Position numbers and translations under genes: made by a program
DNA from: Dehalococcoidia bacterium
GTDB taxonomy: Bacteria; Chloroflexota; Dehalococcoidia; Lucifugimonadales; SAR202-VII-2
Reading direction: 5' to 3'
DNA length: 64,000 bases
Assembly: GCA_965263165.1 (NCBI GenBank)
Contig: OZ253584.1
Location: 245,785 to 309,784 of the forward strand
Shown: positions 63,301 to 64,000 of the stretch, piece after piece
Layout of the letters: every line of letters begins with the position of its first letter
Numbering within the stretch: the first letter of the stretch is position 1
Notes under the pieces: generated by a model
Databases searched by the model: none
What the model saw: the letters and a program-made list of their open reading frames with translations, nothing else
What the model was told of the DNA's origin: nothing

Positions 63301-63419
63301 TCGAGCACCTCAACGAACAGTGAACGCACGGCGGCTCCCCGATCGCTCGCAGGCGCAGCGAAGATATGCTGGATACGGTCCTGGACTTCGACCGCGTCTT
63401 CTCGGCTCCTGATGGGCAT
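60345..63419 (-). CDS. large gamma-class N6-adenine DNA methyltransferase, type IIG/IIL (MmeI/Eco57I/PglX-like) architecture
   Basis: 1024 aa. VPFLNGGLFE, motif I VVDPACGSGAYLL, motif IV IANPPYV, and a C-terminal TaqI_C-like TRD. Lower-GC patch. Confidence 0.85.
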   Translation of the reverse strand: MPIRSREDAVEVQDRIQHIFAAPASDRGAAVRSLFVEVLDFNPASGHVDLGAAPSSMALPTSAERVAYSDGVQVAYLALEKPESDRVGKGEAATAAKLINQQLDGDLLLVVTNSSASQLHLVYPNFDNVRPVLRRMVVERDLPRRTAVQQVSNIYWKHRDTGSIQIALDEAFDVEPVTREFFREYRRVFNLVEQSVTGFGKEGESKRRFVQTLFNRLMFIYFLSRKGWLTFEGDREYLSALWSDYRNKDGDNFYDERLWPLFFHGLNKPHPNEMGNAGAYLSEIIGHVPFLNGGLFERNELDIRDGIVVPDECITEIFTKLFDRFNFTILESTPFDVEVAVDPEMLGKMFEELVTGRHDTGAYYTPRHVVSFMCREALKGYLEGEDTGLTPEAIALFVDSHVTEGIQVAEARRVAAALEHVTVVDPACGSGAYLLGMMQELIELQTALYNAGVDAKALYDLKLEIIQRNLYGVDIDDFAVNIAMLRMWLSLAIDYEGERPEPLPNLDFKVLCGDSLLGPDPSPGVEVQGTLGYDADAVRRLGRLKAQYMRASEGPDKEELRYAIQEAESALRSSLGADGKPAGAIDWRVEFAEVFAQRRGFDIAIANPPYVQLQGNQGLLGNLYKGVGYKTFARTGDVYQLFYERGCQTLKPANGLLAYITSNSWLKAEYGKSTRQYFADQHTPLRLLELGKDVFDSAIVDSGVLVARTGGSGKEFPGVDMDRLAEATVPPEERHWGLVRPDGAAPWSILSLLEQSVLDKMRAKGTPLKDWDIAIYRGITTGLNDAFIIDNQTKEALIAEDPKSAEVIKPVLRGKDIQRYQAQWKGLWLIATFPALDLNIDIYPAVKRYLLTFGKRRLEQSGKRLPNGGRSRKKTSNAWFEMQDTCAYHEDFTKEKLLWIELVNNGRFAYDNSGFYGEATTFLLTGESIKYLCAVLNAKLIRWFLENVAPTSGMGTLRWKKVYVERLPIPRITGPRQQHFSGLVDRALMAKPGDLKEIEADIDARVYQLYGLTPSEITAVEQRL
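60962..61064. repeat. right copies of inverted repeats IR-B and IR-A (inside the full-length gene)
   Basis: The reverse complement of 61033-61064 is GCCTTCATCATCgATAACCAGACTAAGGAAGC (31/32 identical to 59590-59621). The reverse complement of 60962-60980 is GGCAAAGACATCCAGCGCT (19/19 identical). Confidence 0.85.
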
Positions 63420-63491
63420 ACGCCATTCCCTCTTTAGATAGGTGAGACCAAGGACAGATATCGCTCAATATCGTCATTCATCATACTTCCC

Positions 63492-63521
63492 ATTGCCGTT
63501 GTAAATCAACTCAAGGTACAA
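63492..63521 (+). promoter_or_regulatory. possible promoter for the XRE gene (TTGCCG-18 nt-TACAAT)
   Basis: Hexamers at 63492-63497 and 63516-63521, about 20 nt upstream of the start codon region. Confidence 0.3.
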
Positions 63522-63542
63522 TACTGTCCAGGGGGTGGCAAT

Positions 63543-63905
63543 ATGGATTTCCCTGAGCGTCTGCGCACGTTTCGCAAGCAGGCCCAACTGAGTCAGCGAG
63601 ACCTGGCAGAGAGGGTGGGGGTCGATTTCACCTACCTCAGCAAGATCGAGAACGGACGTGTCGAGCCACCCAGCGAAACTGTGTTGAGAAACATCTCGAA
63701 GGCACTCGCGGAGGCCCTGGACGAGGATGAGGTCGAATTGGCCGACAGGCTGATAACCCTAGCCGGAAAGATCCCGTCGGACTTGGCGGAGACTCTCTGT
63801 CGCAACCCTGAGGCCGTCAGGTTTCTGAGGTCCATCGGTAACGAGGTGTGGTCGTCCGAGGAGTGGCGACGGGTCATGAACGCCAGCCCGTCGGAGCGGC
63901 GATGA
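63543..63905 (+). CDS. XRE-family HTH protein
   Basis: LSQRDLAERVGVDFTYLSKIENGRVEPPSETVLRNISKAL. Divergent from the methyltransferase gene. Confidence 0.8.
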   Translation: MDFPERLRTFRKQAQLSQRDLAERVGVDFTYLSKIENGRVEPPSETVLRNISKALAEALDEDEVELADRLITLAGKIPSDLAETLCRNPEAVRFLRSIGNEVWSSEEWRRVMNASPSERR

Positions 63906-64000
63906 CGAGGACATCCCGACGTCGCACTCCGGGAGGACAGACGCGCGATGCCTGGGTATCTCAAGAAGCAGGTGAGCGAGAGGAATAGACAATGATTGCC

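Larger units (their letters stand above)
28730..64000. mobile_element. integrative conjugative element inserted at tRNA-Met (right end beyond window)
   Basis: The recombinase abuts the tRNA. The element carries an XRE/ImmA switch, a T4SS operon with VirB4 and VirD4-like ATPases, a replication-relaxation protein, nested IS/MITE elements and lower-GC cargo patches. Confidence 0.7.

Noticed and set aside
55656-63419. Classifying the SNF2 helicase plus large adenine methyltransferase as DISARM (DrmD and DrmMI), or the methyltransferase as a BREX PglX.
   Set aside because: No DrmA/DrmB/DrmC (DUF1998, PLD) genes and no BrxA/B/C, PglZ or BrxL genes are in the window. The two genes are on opposite strands and are separated by a recombinase. 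Partners beyond 64 kb cannot be excluded.

Overview
High-GC bacterial window in two parts. The lineage is not determinable from the sequence alone; the gene content fits a monoderm high-GC group such as Chloroflexota/Thermomicrobia (inference). (1) Positions 1-28.6 kb are ordinary chromosome. They hold three tandem SnoaL-like genes, a BNR/Asp-box propeller protein, an orphan xanthine-dehydrogenase-family Mo subunit and an LLM oxidoreductase behind a long repeat-bearing leader. They also hold a VapC/antitoxin pair, valS, a HAD hydrolase, a YihY protein, ccmABCD, type II glutamine synthetase, eno, gap, folD, a crotonase, acpS, nnr and thrC. This part ends with an IS481-like element next to tRNA-Met(CAT). 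(2) From the tRNA 3' end (28729) to the window edge lies an integrated conjugative element (ICE) of at least 35 kb, right end not in window. It has a large serine recombinase whose ORF ends inside the tRNA, and an XRE/ImmA switch arranged like ICEBs1. It has a minimal Gram-positive-type T4SS operon (VirB6-like, two pilin-like proteins, a PrgI-like fusion, VirB4, a VirD4-like coupling protein, a replication-relaxation protein and DUF3800). A rightward block follows with a Zn-finger protein, a 4xHTH protein and an SNF2 helicase, separated by long repeat-rich non-coding spacers. Cargo sits in visibly lower-GC patches: an Mrr-type nuclease, a DUF262/DUF1524 (GmrSD-like) enzyme, and a 1024-aa NPPY adenine methyltransferase/type IIG-like enzyme. 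Most notable observations: (a) a tyrosine recombinase, an inverted 5'-truncated TRD cassette and 19-32 bp inverted repeats inside the large methyltransferase gene, which looks like a specificity shufflon; (b) five copies of an unrecognised ~75-aa 'PFPEDF...HTH...VPGG' module in four consecutive genes, split by an IS1380 and translationally coupled to the GmrSD-like gene; (c) a 382-bp MITE-like element with 23-bp TIRs and an 8-bp target duplication carrying a 102-aa ORF; (d) a strong promoter followed by a ~410-nt leader ending in eleven GTAAC repeats with a 9-11 nt period. No database searches were run; all family calls rest on motifs recognised by eye.
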